Counted from the first letter of the stretch, positions 43,032 through 53,908 are shown. The stretch: DNA of 64,000 nt from a virus (IMGVR_UViG_3300028805_000048); one strand, 5' to 3'. Notes: generated by a model not told the origin, from the letters alone. Made by a program: numbers and translations.

Positions 43032-44177
43032 ATGAAAGAAATTGAAAATCTGACAAGAAATATAGAAACCTTGTCTTATAAAGAACTCAAAGAAGCTTTA
43101 AATAAATTAACAACTTATGATTCTAAAGAAATAACAAGATTGAAAGAGAATGCAGTTTTGAGAGCTGAATATATTAAAGAATTAGAAAGTAAAAGTAATA
43201 AAACTCAAGAAGATAAAAAACTTTTAGAAATAGCTAAAGATGAATATTTTAAAACATCATTGGTATTAAATCATTATAACTATATGATTCCTACAACATA
43301 TACTCAAGCTGATTGGTTGGTATATTATTGTCATATATCAATGCCAAAAGAGCAATTTGATACTTTAGTTACAAAAGCCAATGAGATGTTAACTGATTAT
43401 ATGACAATGCATAAAGACGTTATGTATAAAGAAAATAGAAAACTAAAATTAACAATGGAAGAATGTGTTGAAGGTGCATTAAATAATCCTATAAAAGAAA
43501 CATTACGTAAATATGGTAAAGAATTAGTAAAATTAAGTCTTGAAAGAAAAATAATTGAAGAAAGATATAAACCTGAAGATTTAAAAAGTATTATTGTACA
43601 AACAGAACGTAAACGTGCATTAATGAGTGTAAATAAAAAATTTATAACTTTATCTCAAGAAAGATTAAATCTTAAAAAAGATCATGATGAAACAATTATG
43701 TGTACAACAGCTTATTGGTTTGAGCAAGTAATTTATAAATATTGTCCACAAGATGAATCTAGTAAATTATTTACAGGTGCCAAACGCTATTATCATATTA
43801 ATATTGATAAAATGACTAAAAGAAAAATCATTTCCGAAACAATTAAAAAGAAAACTGATAATAAACAAACAATTAGTAAAAAAGAAACAAAACAAAAAGA
43901 AGTTGTTAAAGAAATAGTAGAAAAGAAAGTAGAAAAAGAAATAGAATGTCCTTTGAGTAAAACTACAGATGAATTGATTTCTTTATCTGAGAAATATAAA
44001 GACTTCTTAAAGCAGAAAGATGAATTAGAAAAACAAATCTTTTCAAAAGTAAAATTTGTTTATAACAAATTAGATTCAAACAAAGATGGCATGACTAAAG
44101 ACGATTTTATTGATTTTGTAGAAGACATTTTTGATATTCCATCTGGAACAATAAATAGAAAACTGAAAGGATTATAA
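43032..44177 (+). CDS. Hypothetical coiled-coil-rich protein
   Basis: 381-aa ORF with SD; promoter at 42937. Confidence 0.7.
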   Translation: MKEIENLTRNIETLSYKELKEALNKLTTYDSKEITRLKENAVLRAEYIKELESKSNKTQEDKKLLEIAKDEYFKTSLVLNHYNYMIPTTYTQADWLVYYCHISMPKEQFDTLVTKANEMLTDYMTMHKDVMYKENRKLKLTMEECVEGALNNPIKETLRKYGKELVKLSLERKIIEERYKPEDLKSIIVQTERKRALMSVNKKFITLSQERLNLKKDHDETIMCTTAYWFEQVIYKYCPQDESSKLFTGAKRYYHINIDKMTKRKIISETIKKKTDNKQTISKKETKQKEVVKEIVEKKVEKEIECPLSKTTDELISLSEKYKDFLKQKDELEKQIFSKVKFVYNKLDSNKDGMTKDDFIDFVEDIFDIPSGTINRKLKGL

Positions 44178-45628
44178 ATGAGTATTATTTATCAAATTTC
44201 ACAAAAAGATAGGTTTATAATTAAATTATTCAACAATATATTCAATAGTGTTTTTAATAAAATGAATTTTAGTTTTAGATATACAAAAATAGCGAATTAT
44301 CAAGAACCTTCATTAGGTATACATTTGAATAAATTTGATAAAGTATCAATTAAAGATTTTTATAAACTTCATCAAGAAATATTAAATTATTTAAATAAAA
44401 ATTTATTTGATAATCAAATTTATATAAGTAATATAAATACTAATTTTTATTTTAAACTTTATTTAAAACATGAATTGTCTGACAATTTGATTACGTTTTT
44501 TAAAATGAAAGGATTGTGATTATGAGTGAAGAGAAAGTTTTAGGTAGACCTTGTAGAATGGCTGGAATGAGCCATATTTATATTATTGATAGTTTATGGT
44601 ATACACATTCTTTATATCCAAGTATTTATGGATCAACTGGTGATTTTAATTTTGTTACAATCGGTGTTGTTAAAACATATGACACAATTACAAAGGAATA
44701 TAAAACATATATTGGTGTTGGTAAAGGCGACGATATGGAAATGGATGAAGATAGAATTGCTGGATGTGGAACAAGTTTTACTAATCCTGTAAGTTTCGAT
44801 GATATGAAAACTTGGTTAAAAATGAAAGAAAAATAAATAATGATTTTCTATACAGAGTTTAAAAATAGAATGAAACTAAGTGAGTTTTTATATGAAATTT
44901 TTTATAAAGAAAATTGTATTAGATATCAAATATCATTGATTTTACCTGGTTGTATAAAATTTAATTATTTACAGCAATACCAAATACATAGAATTGAAGA
45001 AATTTTAAAAAATGTTTATTTATATGATTATTTTGAAATCTATCAATCAAATGATCGTAAAAAAATGGTTGTTGAATTAAAAAATGAATATAACAATGAA
45101 GAAAAGGTAGAAAATATTATATTAATTCTCAAATTAAAAGGATTATTTTTATAAAACTCACGATTTCAAAAATTGCAAAGGGTAATAAATTAATGATTAA
45201 TTATAAAAAATATGATGAAATAGTTAGAATGTTGAACAATTTAGTGAATAAATATTTTCCTAAAGAAAATGATTCTATCGATTCACCTGTTTTTATTGTT
45301 CAAAACTGTTTAAAATATTCAGAAAAAACACTTGCTAGTGTACCTACATATATATGGTTTAAAGTTTATAATAACAATGACGTTTTTGCTTTTTATAATC
45401 CAAAGAATAGAAAAGAAACAGTGGAGTATTTCATAAATAATTGGAATTTTATATGTCAAGAAGAAAATTATACACGTAGAAAATATATTACCTTTAAAGT
45501 AAATGATGTTGATGAATTATATATGTCATTAAAATTATTAATTTCTTAAAAACAAAAGCTTTACTTTTTATATTTTTAACTATATTATATAAATAGTTAA
45601 AATACGAAAAGGTGTAAAGGTATAAATA

Positions 45629-46713
45629 ATGAAATTGCGTCAAGGAGATATAGTTTATATACAAAAAGAAGACAATAGTGATCCAGATAAGTGGCATAAA
45701 TCTAATGAAATTTATGTTATAAGAGATCAAAGTGAACAATCTGTACATTTAAAAGTAACACATAAAATAAGTGATGATGATTTTGTTGAATATAAAGAAT
45801 TAATATATGCTAAATTGAGTAAAATATTTTTATATTTTGCCGGTTATGGAAGAATGAAAGAATTAGATTATTTAGAATTAAATTTAATTTGCGCAGAATT
45901 AGAAATACCAAGTCAAGTCGTTGAAAAGTTTGTAAACGTCTGTAATGGTGAAAAGATTAATAAAAGCAAAATACATTATGTATACCTATAAAACTATTTA
46001 TGAGGAAATAAAAAGTGACAATGTTAGCTGATAAATACTTTCAAATAAGACCAGATTTCAGAATAGAATTGTTTGGTAATGATAACCAAGGTTGGGGTGA
46101 TGGTAGAATATTTTTAACTGGTACAAAAATATTAGATGATAGTCTACGCTTAGTAGAAAATCAATATACGTTTATATATGATATATATCAAAATAGTTAT
46201 AAACTGCGTTTATATAATAACATTGACAATAGTCAAGTATTAGATTATTTTCAAACATTAATTGAACTTAAAAAATTCAATATACCAGACGAAATCGGTA
46301 ATGAATTTTTAGAATTGTGCAATAAAGCTCGTTCTGATTTAATTATAGTTAAATGAGGCAATGCTTATTAAAGGTTATAAAAAATGACTATACGAATACT
46401 TGATACAGATATAATCTTTCACGATAAAAAAGAAAAAAATCGTTTATTGATGATTAGAAAAACATATATTAAATTATATGATACATACGTTATATATCTT
46501 ATGAGCTTATATAAGCATACTTGTTATGGATATAGACAAGAATTTGAAATAATGAAAAATAATGAAAATGCTTATTGTTTAAATTTTCCTAGTTTAGGAA
46601 GAATTTACACTTTTGATTATTTAGAAATATTGTTAAAATCACAGCAGATGAATATACCTGATAATGTGATGAATGAATTTATAAATATCTGTAACAAATA
46701 TCATAATAGATAG
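45629..46713 (+). other. Three genes of a second paralog family (45629, 46015, 46384)
   Basis: C-terminal DY(L/F)...IPxx(V/I)xxxFxxxCN motif. Confidence 0.65.
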
Positions 46714-46720
46714 TTATGAT

Positions 46721-47599
46721 TTATTGTTGCTTTTCATACCATTTCATAAATTCTTCAAGAGTCCAAAATTCTAGCCAGTTAAGATTATTCTTTTTAGCAG
46801 TTTCACGTTTTAATGGATCAGAAACAGTCCAGACGCATATCGCTACATCATAACTTTTATAACCTTCTTTGGCTTTTTGTTTCCATTTTCTTAACGTTTC
46901 TCTATGAATTTCATTATTTTCATCAAAAGGTCCAAGTGGTTTATTTAATATCCATCCATGGGTCCAATAACCTTGATATTCGATCCAAGTATCAACTTCT
47001 GGAATATAAAAATCACAAGCAAATGGATATTTTTCTGTATTGTATTGTCTTTTTGTAAACGGATAAATGACTTTTAATAATTCATATATGTAATCTTCAG
47101 TTTTAGATTTTTTAAATAAATTGTGTTTTTTCTTTGTTTCAAATGCCTTTTTCCAGATGTTTTTATTTTGCATATTGTGTTCGACGCCATATCGATTTAA
47201 ATTAGTTTGTTTTATTTTGTTTTTAACCTCATCTAATTGAAATACATTAATTATTTCATTATCATTCAAATACTTATCCATTTTTTCTTTATAATCTTTT
47301 GTTTTGAAATATATATCATCACCATATTTCTCTTTACAAGTATGTTTAATCTTTTTTAATGTTTCTGGAATACCTCCTGCATTCGTTGTACCATATTTTT
47401 CTAAACATATTTTTTCTGTATTTTTTACACGTAAAGAAATAGGTTTGCGTATATTCAATTCAGCTATTCGTTCTTTAAGTAAGGCTTCTGAAACTTCAAA
47501 ATATTTAGCTAATTCTTTTCTTGTTTTATTTTCAACTATGTAAAGTTGATATAATTCATCATAATGAATTTTATTACGTAAATTTTTCATGTTTTTCAT
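46721..47599 (-). CDS. Free-standing homing endonuclease-like protein (Vsr-like PD-(D/E)xK domain, KIKxTxxExYG repeats)
   Basis: N-terminal HTH-like region, three xT(C/N)LExYG-type repeats, SKTE...CDFYIP...IEYQGYWTHG. Confidence 0.7.
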   Translation of the reverse strand: MKNMKNLRNKIHYDELYQLYIVENKTRKELAKYFEVSEALLKERIAELNIRKPISLRVKNTEKICLEKYGTTNAGGIPETLKKIKHTCKEKYGDDIYFKTKDYKEKMDKYLNDNEIINVFQLDEVKNKIKQTNLNRYGVEHNMQNKNIWKKAFETKKKHNLFKKSKTEDYIYELLKVIYPFTKRQYNTEKYPFACDFYIPEVDTWIEYQGYWTHGWILNKPLGPFDENNEIHRETLRKWKQKAKEGYKSYDVAICVWTVSDPLKRETAKKNNLNWLEFWTLEEFMKWYEKQQ

Positions 47600-47713
47600 C
47601 TAAACAATATTTTAACCATTTATATAGAACTATAAAAAATGGTTAGATAACATAAGCTATCTAACCAAATCGGTTAAAATATCACGTAAAACATGACCTT
47701 ATATAGAACTATA

Positions 47714-48520
47714 TTATGCCCATAAACCTTGTTTTAAAACAGCATGATTTTTTAAAGAATCTGTTTCTTCTTTGAGTTTTTCAAGACGTTTTTGTAATGC
47801 ATCTGTAGAAATTTGAAAATCTGCATCAAACTTAACACCATCGCGCGCTTGTATAATTGATTCGATAAAACGGTATGATATAAATTTACAAACTATATCA
47901 ACATTATCAAATTCAACATATTCTGGAGTATCATAACCCCAATATGTTTGAAAAGACATTTGACCAATACCAAATGCAGGATGAAGATAAACGCGTTCTT
48001 CTTCCGTCGATATAGTATATTGTGGTTGACCGGCAGATAATTCATCTAAAGTGTTATTGTATAACAAACCTAATACATCTTTATTTGTCGCACTCACTGA
48101 GCCAACATTCGCAACTCCTAGCATGGCCATATCCCAAATTGATGGATTGGCTAAAAGGGTCCATGGAGCTCTTTCCATTTTACCTAAACCTAAGAAATAT
48201 GCATGATCTAAATCTTTACATGCTGGAACAGAATATTCTAATATTTCATCAAATGTAAAATATGTTGCGCCATTTTCCTGATGAGGAGGTTTTACGCCAT
48301 TCCATACAAATCCAATTGTAGAATCTGAACCACTTGTTGTGCTATATGTTGTGATATACATACTGCGTCTTGGATAATAACGGTAATAGTCCATTGTTCC
48401 AAGCATGATAGCTCTTTCACGCAACAAACTTTCTTTTTGTGATATTTCTAAGTTTGGATTTGCTAAATCTAGATCTAAAGCAGCGTTAACGACTTTCATT
48501 ACAGGATTTAATTTTGTCAT
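47714..48520 (-). CDS. Probable neck / head-completion protein (T4 gp13-like)
   Basis: L.NPNLEI...AI...DYYRYYP N-terminus, C-terminal helix; late minus-strand operon. Confidence 0.45.
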   Translation of the reverse strand: MTKLNPVMKVVNAALDLDLANPNLEISQKESLLRERAIMLGTMDYYRYYPRRSMYITTYSTTSGSDSTIGFVWNGVKPPHQENGATYFTFDEILEYSVPACKDLDHAYFLGLGKMERAPWTLLANPSIWDMAMLGVANVGSVSATNKDVLGLLYNNTLDELSAGQPQYTISTEEERVYLHPAFGIGQMSFQTYWGYDTPEYVEFDNVDIVCKFISYRFIESIIQARDGVKFDADFQISTDALQKRLEKLKEETDSLKNHAVLKQGLWA

Positions 48521-48538
48521 CTCATTATATCCTTTTTT

Positions 48539-48991
48539 TTAATAATCTGTAGTATGTAATTCAATTCTTCCTGAATTAATTAATTTCTGTGCTACTTGCT
48601 CTTTATAACCTTCTGGTAACATTTCTGTAATGTCAATCCAATTTGTTCTATCTTTAGCCCAATCTTCTAAATATATTTTAGAGACGGTTAATTCTTCATC
48701 ATATGGATAACCTTCAATTTCATATTCTATTTTACAGTCTAATTCACAAGTTGGAATAAGATTACCTTGTTCATCTTTAAGATCTTCATCTGAAAGAATG
48801 TTTGCGTTGATAATTGTTTGATATATCTGTTCATTTAATGGTAAATCTAATGTCCATATAATTTCATCATCACCTGTATGATCAAACGGATGTTGTGAAG
48901 CATATTTCAATTCACTTTCATCATCCCATTCTTTAAGATCTATATTATTTTCTTGTAAAACTTTGTGTACTAATTGTTCAAATTGATACAT
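48539..48991 (-). CDS. Putative internal head protein (leader B), acidic
   Basis: MYQFEQLVHKVLQENNIDLKE; AGTTCTA at 49036. Confidence 0.65.
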   Translation of the reverse strand: MYQFEQLVHKVLQENNIDLKEWDDESELKYASQHPFDHTGDDEIIWTLDLPLNEQIYQTIINANILSDEDLKDEQGNLIPTCELDCKIEYEIEGYPYDEELTVSKIYLEDWAKDRTNWIDITEMLPEGYKEQVAQKLINSGRIELHTTDY

Positions 48992-49049
48992 ATCTAAATA
49001 ACCTATATTTTTAATGAAGTTTAAACTTATATAATTAGAACTAGCATAT

Positions 49050-49315
49050 AAAACAACAGGTTCCTCTAGGTTAATTACTCCTATTGGAACCTGCTTTTTT
49101 CATGAAAAATACATAGAAGCCTTGACTTCGCTTATATTTCCCGGATTTGCACCGTACTACATATTTTTCTTAGCTATATCTACCTAATCAACTGGATACA
49201 TATATTGATCAAATACACTTACAGTCCGATACCGATATAAAGACAAGATACTGCCTTATCTTTGTTACCTGAAACATCTTTATGGCCACTCAATCAGGAC
49301 TCACCAAAGATATAT
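49050..49315 (-). ncRNA. Candidate ~265 nt structured ncRNA
   Basis: Minus-strand GGCTTTAC promoter 49342-49349, serial hairpins, CGGTGCAAATCCG T-loop-like hairpin, terminal caggttcc/ggaacctg hairpin; no ORF. Confidence 0.55.
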
Positions 49316-49395
49316 TTTATATATAATAAAGTGTTGGTTTTGTAAAGCCTTTTTATAAAGTTCTAAAAATTAAATATTTTTTAAGGATAATTATA

Positions 49396-49896
49396 ATGAT
49401 GACTTTAGAAGAAAGAATAGAAGATTTACGTCGTAAAGTTAATGAACTTTTAGGTGAAGATGTTTATCATTTTGATAAGTATCATACAGATAGAACAAAT
49501 ATAAACAATTTTATGAAAACATATAGTGGTATATTTATGCCACTCGATAAAAATAAAGATTATGAATATAAATCTCTTAAAAGCTTTGTGAAAAGAAATT
49601 TGAATAGAAATACATATTTCGCTAATAAAAATTTAAATAAAAATTATGTAGATTTAAATAATCAAAATGATGTAAACGAAATTACAAAAGCATTAAATGA
49701 TCTTAAAGAAGATACATATGCCTATGATGCTTTCAAAGATTTATCAAATAGATTAGGTTTGAGTGAAATAAATACTCTTTGTATTTTAATGAGTCTTTGT
49801 CATGGATTAGAATTAAGTAAAGTTGAAGAATATAAACTTAATACAGCTAATCAGTATGGATTAAGATACGGTCAAAAATCAACTAAAGTCGCATAA
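49396..49896 (+). CDS. Late hypothetical protein
   Basis: AGTTCTA at 49359; possible LLGE cleavage site. Confidence 0.6.
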   Translation: MMTLEERIEDLRRKVNELLGEDVYHFDKYHTDRTNINNFMKTYSGIFMPLDKNKDYEYKSLKSFVKRNLNRNTYFANKNLNKNYVDLNNQNDVNEITKALNDLKEDTYAYDAFKDLSNRLGLSEINTLCILMSLCHGLELSKVEEYKLNTANQYGLRYGQKSTKVA

Positions 49897-49951
49897 TTGG
49901 CTTTACTTTTAATTTGAAATAGTTTATTTGTTATTTTAAAGGAAATAACAA

Positions 49952-50518
49952 ATGCTAAAAGATTTTATTTTAAACTTAACAAAAGCTGAATATAAAATTA
50001 ACCTTTTAATGCTTGGAAAAAAAGAAGCTTTAAAAGATAATAAATATTGTCTTTTTTCATTAACTGGACAAGAATGGCGAAATTGTTCTATTTTATCATA
50101 TACTGATTCTAGACAATTTGTTTCTGAAAAAGAAATAGTAGAATTATTTGAAGATAAAATAGAAAAAATATATCCTTCTCTTTGTAAAGTTGGATATTAC
50201 GATTTTGATAAAACAGGAATCTGTGGTATATATGAAGATAAACTCAGTGACTTTGTAAAAGATATTGAATTACCAAAAGAATACGAATATTTGCTCATAA
50301 AAAGATTTTTACAAGGATATCTTACTTTAACTTTAAATTCTACAAATACACTCACGCCAACTTTCAAACTAAGAAAAGCTTGGACAGATATAAATGATAT
50401 AAAAAGAATAGAAAAAGAATATCTTCTAAAACTTGTTAAAGAAACAGAATATGATTATGAATTAAAGATTTGTGAACCAGATGGTCTTCTTGGATTATTA
50501 ATGATGAAAGAAGACTAA
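49952..50518 (+). CDS. Hypothetical protein
   Basis: GGCTTTAC promoter at 49899; SD aaagga. Confidence 0.6.
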   Translation: MLKDFILNLTKAEYKINLLMLGKKEALKDNKYCLFSLTGQEWRNCSILSYTDSRQFVSEKEIVELFEDKIEKIYPSLCKVGYYDFDKTGICGIYEDKLSDFVKDIELPKEYEYLLIKRFLQGYLTLTLNSTNTLTPTFKLRKAWTDINDIKRIEKEYLLKLVKETEYDYELKICEPDGLLGLLMMKED

Positions 50519-51117
50519 TCCTCTTTTACAGAATCATTTCCGTAAATATCCATCCCTCTTGCTTTTTGAGCAAAATATTCATCGCTATCGTATTGTAAAG
50601 ACTTTGGTGGATGTTTATATTCTTCATATGTCAATTCTGGATTAGCATACCAGTCGTTAAATTCGTCCATGTTAAATATCTCAACATATCGATAACCTAA
50701 CTCTTTAGCTATTTTACGCTTTAATGGCTCTAACTCTGTCCATGTATAAAGAACTTTCGCGTAATAATCACCTTTTTTAGACTTAAGCCATTCTACATCA
50801 GCTTGACAGCTTGGATCTTCTGGATCGTATGGACGTCTTCCATGACGCCAGTTTTTATTGATTTGAATCATCATCTTTTCAGATGGTACATAAGCATCTA
50901 CTTGCCACGGTCTATGATTAGAAGGATTGCGAAAATCATCAAAAGTCACAGATTTTTCTGCATCTGGCCATTTTTTCTTGATCAAATTCCAATAGTATTC
51001 TTCGTCTTCAGAGCTATTATATCCGCTATCTTTATCGAATATTTTTCCATCGCCTTCTTCGAGGTTATAACCGTAATTTTCTAATATGCTTTCTACAAGC
51101 TTTTCAAACTGAGACAT
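50515..51117 (-). CDS. Leader-B protein carrying a Vsr-like endonuclease domain homologous to 46721
   Basis: MSQFEKLVESILENYGYNLEE; VDAYVP...IQINKNWRHG...WT..EPLKR.IAK; AGTTCTA at 51151. Confidence 0.7.
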   Translation of the reverse strand: MSQFEKLVESILENYGYNLEEGDGKIFDKDSGYNSSEDEEYYWNLIKKKWPDAEKSVTFDDFRNPSNHRPWQVDAYVPSEKMMIQINKNWRHGRRPYDPEDPSCQADVEWLKSKKGDYYAKVLYTWTELEPLKRKIAKELGYRYVEIFNMDEFNDWYANPELTYEEYKHPPKSLQYDSDEYFAQKARGMDIYGNDSVKED

Positions 51118-51209
51118 ATCTTAATAAATCCTATATTTCATGATGTTATTTAGAACTTAATTTTTGTAAATTAAGACAATGATAAAAGGCTTTACATGAT
51201 AAATGCAAT

Positions 51210-53428
51210 ATGATATTATTTATTATATTTGATGTAAAGGAATTTGTCATGGGTCGATACACATTAAAAACTGCTAAAAATAAACATAAAAAAGAATTTT
51301 CTTGTGTTGAAAAATGGGATGGTGAAAGTGGTGATGTATTTTCAATAGAAATAATTGGTAATAATTTAAAAGATACATATATTTCGTATGACGTGTATCA
51401 TGATTTTATCATATCTATCAATAAAGATAAATCGTTACGTTATGAGCATTTCGATTTGTTAAAGCTGTTAGTATTTATAGAGATGTATGATATTCCTAAA
51501 AAAGTCGTAGAAAAATTTATTTCAAAAATAACAGCTATAAGACAAAAAATTAACTAAAGGTTTTACAATTTACTTCATGCATGGATAGTTAATATATAAA
51601 TTTAAAAAGAGATTAATCATGATAACAGATCATATATACAAATACAAATCAGGTAAAACTTATCACATCGGCTATATTCCAAATATATATTTATATATTG
51701 AAATACGTAACAATAAATTTGTTGAATATTTCATTGATTATGATGCTTTACACATTGATAAAAAAATACATTGTAGGAAATATGATGAAAGTGTATGCAG
51801 TTTTATAATAGATGGTGTATTTTGTTTTGATTTCATGTTGATTGTTTATAAATTGGCTAAATTAAATATTCCAAAAAGAGTATCAAACGCCTTTTTGAAA
51901 AAAGCGCAAGAATTAAATCAATGTTTAAAAGGGTAATTTGAATGCATAGAATTAATTTTAAACTTCATTATCCTCAATACGATATATCTGAAATATCAGA
52001 TTATATAGTATTTAAAAATTTGATTTTAGATAATAAAGATAAACCGATTATATACAAAAATGATGAAATATATATAAATGATGATTGTACACGTTTATCG
52101 ATTTCATATACTATTTACGGTATGGATATGATGGTGCAAGAGAGTATAGAAGAAGCTATTAATAGAATAAAATATTATATAGTATTAAATGGTTTAGATG
52201 AATACATTAGTGTAAAACAAGATTATGAAACAAATATCATTTTACAATTTTTTGTAAAAAATATAAATGAATTGAAAGTAGATTTTAAATTGAGAGGAAT
52301 AATATAATGAAAAAATTTACAAATGAACAAATATTTGAATTTCTTATGTTAATTTCTGAAGAATTAAAAGTGTTTATTCCATTTTCTAAAAGAATGGAAA
52401 TTTATCGTTTATATAAAGAAACATATTCTGAAAAGAGTACACCAAATATTAGATTACCTAAATATATATTAAAAGGAATAAAAGAATCTGATATAAAAGA
52501 TTTTGAAAACAAATATGGTTTAATGGTACTCAATAGCTATAATTATGATTTTATAATGTTTTTAGATTTTGATAATTTTTTCACATTTCTAAAATTGAAA
52601 GGTAAATAATGTTGACGAAAGATGACGAATACATAATGATTGTACACGGTACATTAGGTAGAAAATTTATTAGATGGCTATCTAAACGTTGTGATGTGTT
52701 TGAAGTCAATAAAGTCTGTGATCATGCCATTAGATATGGTGTATATAATGATACAAAAAGATATTCTGATAAAAAGGTTATCGAAAATTTAAAATATAGT
52801 AGACCATACGTTATTAGATTTGAGTTAAATGAAGATATGAAAACTGTACTTCTTTTAGCAGGAATTAATTTAGAGAAATATATCAACGATATGTGGTGTC
52901 CAATATATATAAGTCACAATGCACCATATGGACGAAAGAATATGCGTAAATATTATGGAGCTGCTAATCGTAAAGATTTATGTATAGCAATATTAGCGTA
53001 TTGGTCTCATTCACACCCTAGATGTTTTCCTCATGATATAATTTATTATCATGATAGAAAGAAAGGAGTAGAAAATGGAAACATGGATTGAAAACTTAGA
53101 TCATAAAATGCTTATGAATATAATGTTAAATAAGTATTTACTTGATAAAGTAAAAGAAGCTTTAGAAGTAGTCGATGTTGGACATTCTTATAAAGAAGAT
53201 CAAACGTTTCAACTTTGGATAGAATTACGCAAATTACCTAGTAAATCTGATTTACGTGTTAAAGCTATAATCAGAAATATAGGATTAGATAGATATATGA
53301 AAGTAAATTTTAACATAGATAAAAACTATTTATATATTGTATTTAATCTAGATCCAAATTTGACAAAAGAAGACATGGAATCTATATCCGGTATTCTACT
53401 TTTGCTAGGATATGGAAATAATATATAA
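51210..53428 (+). other. Hypothetical genes: 51210 and 51619 (IP-motif family); 51942, 52307, 52609, 53075 (C-terminal helix family or related)
   Basis: Shared motifs; promoters at 51188 and 51559. Confidence 0.65.
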
Positions 53429-53476
53429 TGGCTTTACATTATTTTCTAGTTTTGTATAAATTAATTATATAAAATA

Positions 53477-53908
53477 ATGAAAGGTTATAATATGGCTTAT
53501 CGTTACGTTAAATTTAAAAAATGTTCTGGATATGATGGTATGTTGTGGGATATAGATTATATTGGATATTCTTCAAAATTAACATATGAAACAAAAGTAA
53601 CTGGAATTAAAACTGGAGAAGATTATTCTACGTATATTTTAAACATTGATAAAGGTTATATGGATATCTTAGATAAAAATGGTAGAATAATTTATGATAA
53701 CGACATAATAAAAACTGAAAAGAATGAACTTTTTATAGTTAAGAGAAAAAGAAATAGAAAAACACCAATTTTTATAAATATAAACGATTCGAAAATAAAA
53801 CATAGTATATTATATTTTGAAAATGTATCTTGGGAATTAGTGAGTAATGCTTATGTTTGTTTAGATACAATGTTTGATAAATCTTTAATTAAACAAACAC
53901 AAAATTAA
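53477..53908 (+). CDS. YopX-like protein
   Basis: ILDKNGRIIYDNDII...ELVSN motif. Confidence 0.5.
   Translation: MKGYNMAYRYVKFKKCSGYDGMLWDIDYIGYSSKLTYETKVTGIKTGEDYSTYILNIDKGYMDILDKNGRIIYDNDIIKTEKNELFIVKRKRNRKTPIFININDSKIKHSILYFENVSWELVSNAYVCLDTMFDKSLIKQTQN

Larger units (their letters stand above)
41243..45549 (+). other. Cluster of hypothetical genes, mostly C-terminal-helix family (41243, 41601, 41920, 42502, 44178, 44516, 44840, 45193)
   Basis: Shared C-terminal motif; 41243/41920 are paralogs (ISxCADxYF...MKxFKN). Confidence 0.7.

Noticed and set aside
36934-46713. Diversity-generating retroelement behind the paralog families
   Set aside because: No reverse transcriptase, and no near-identical TR/VR pair with adenine-specific differences was seen.
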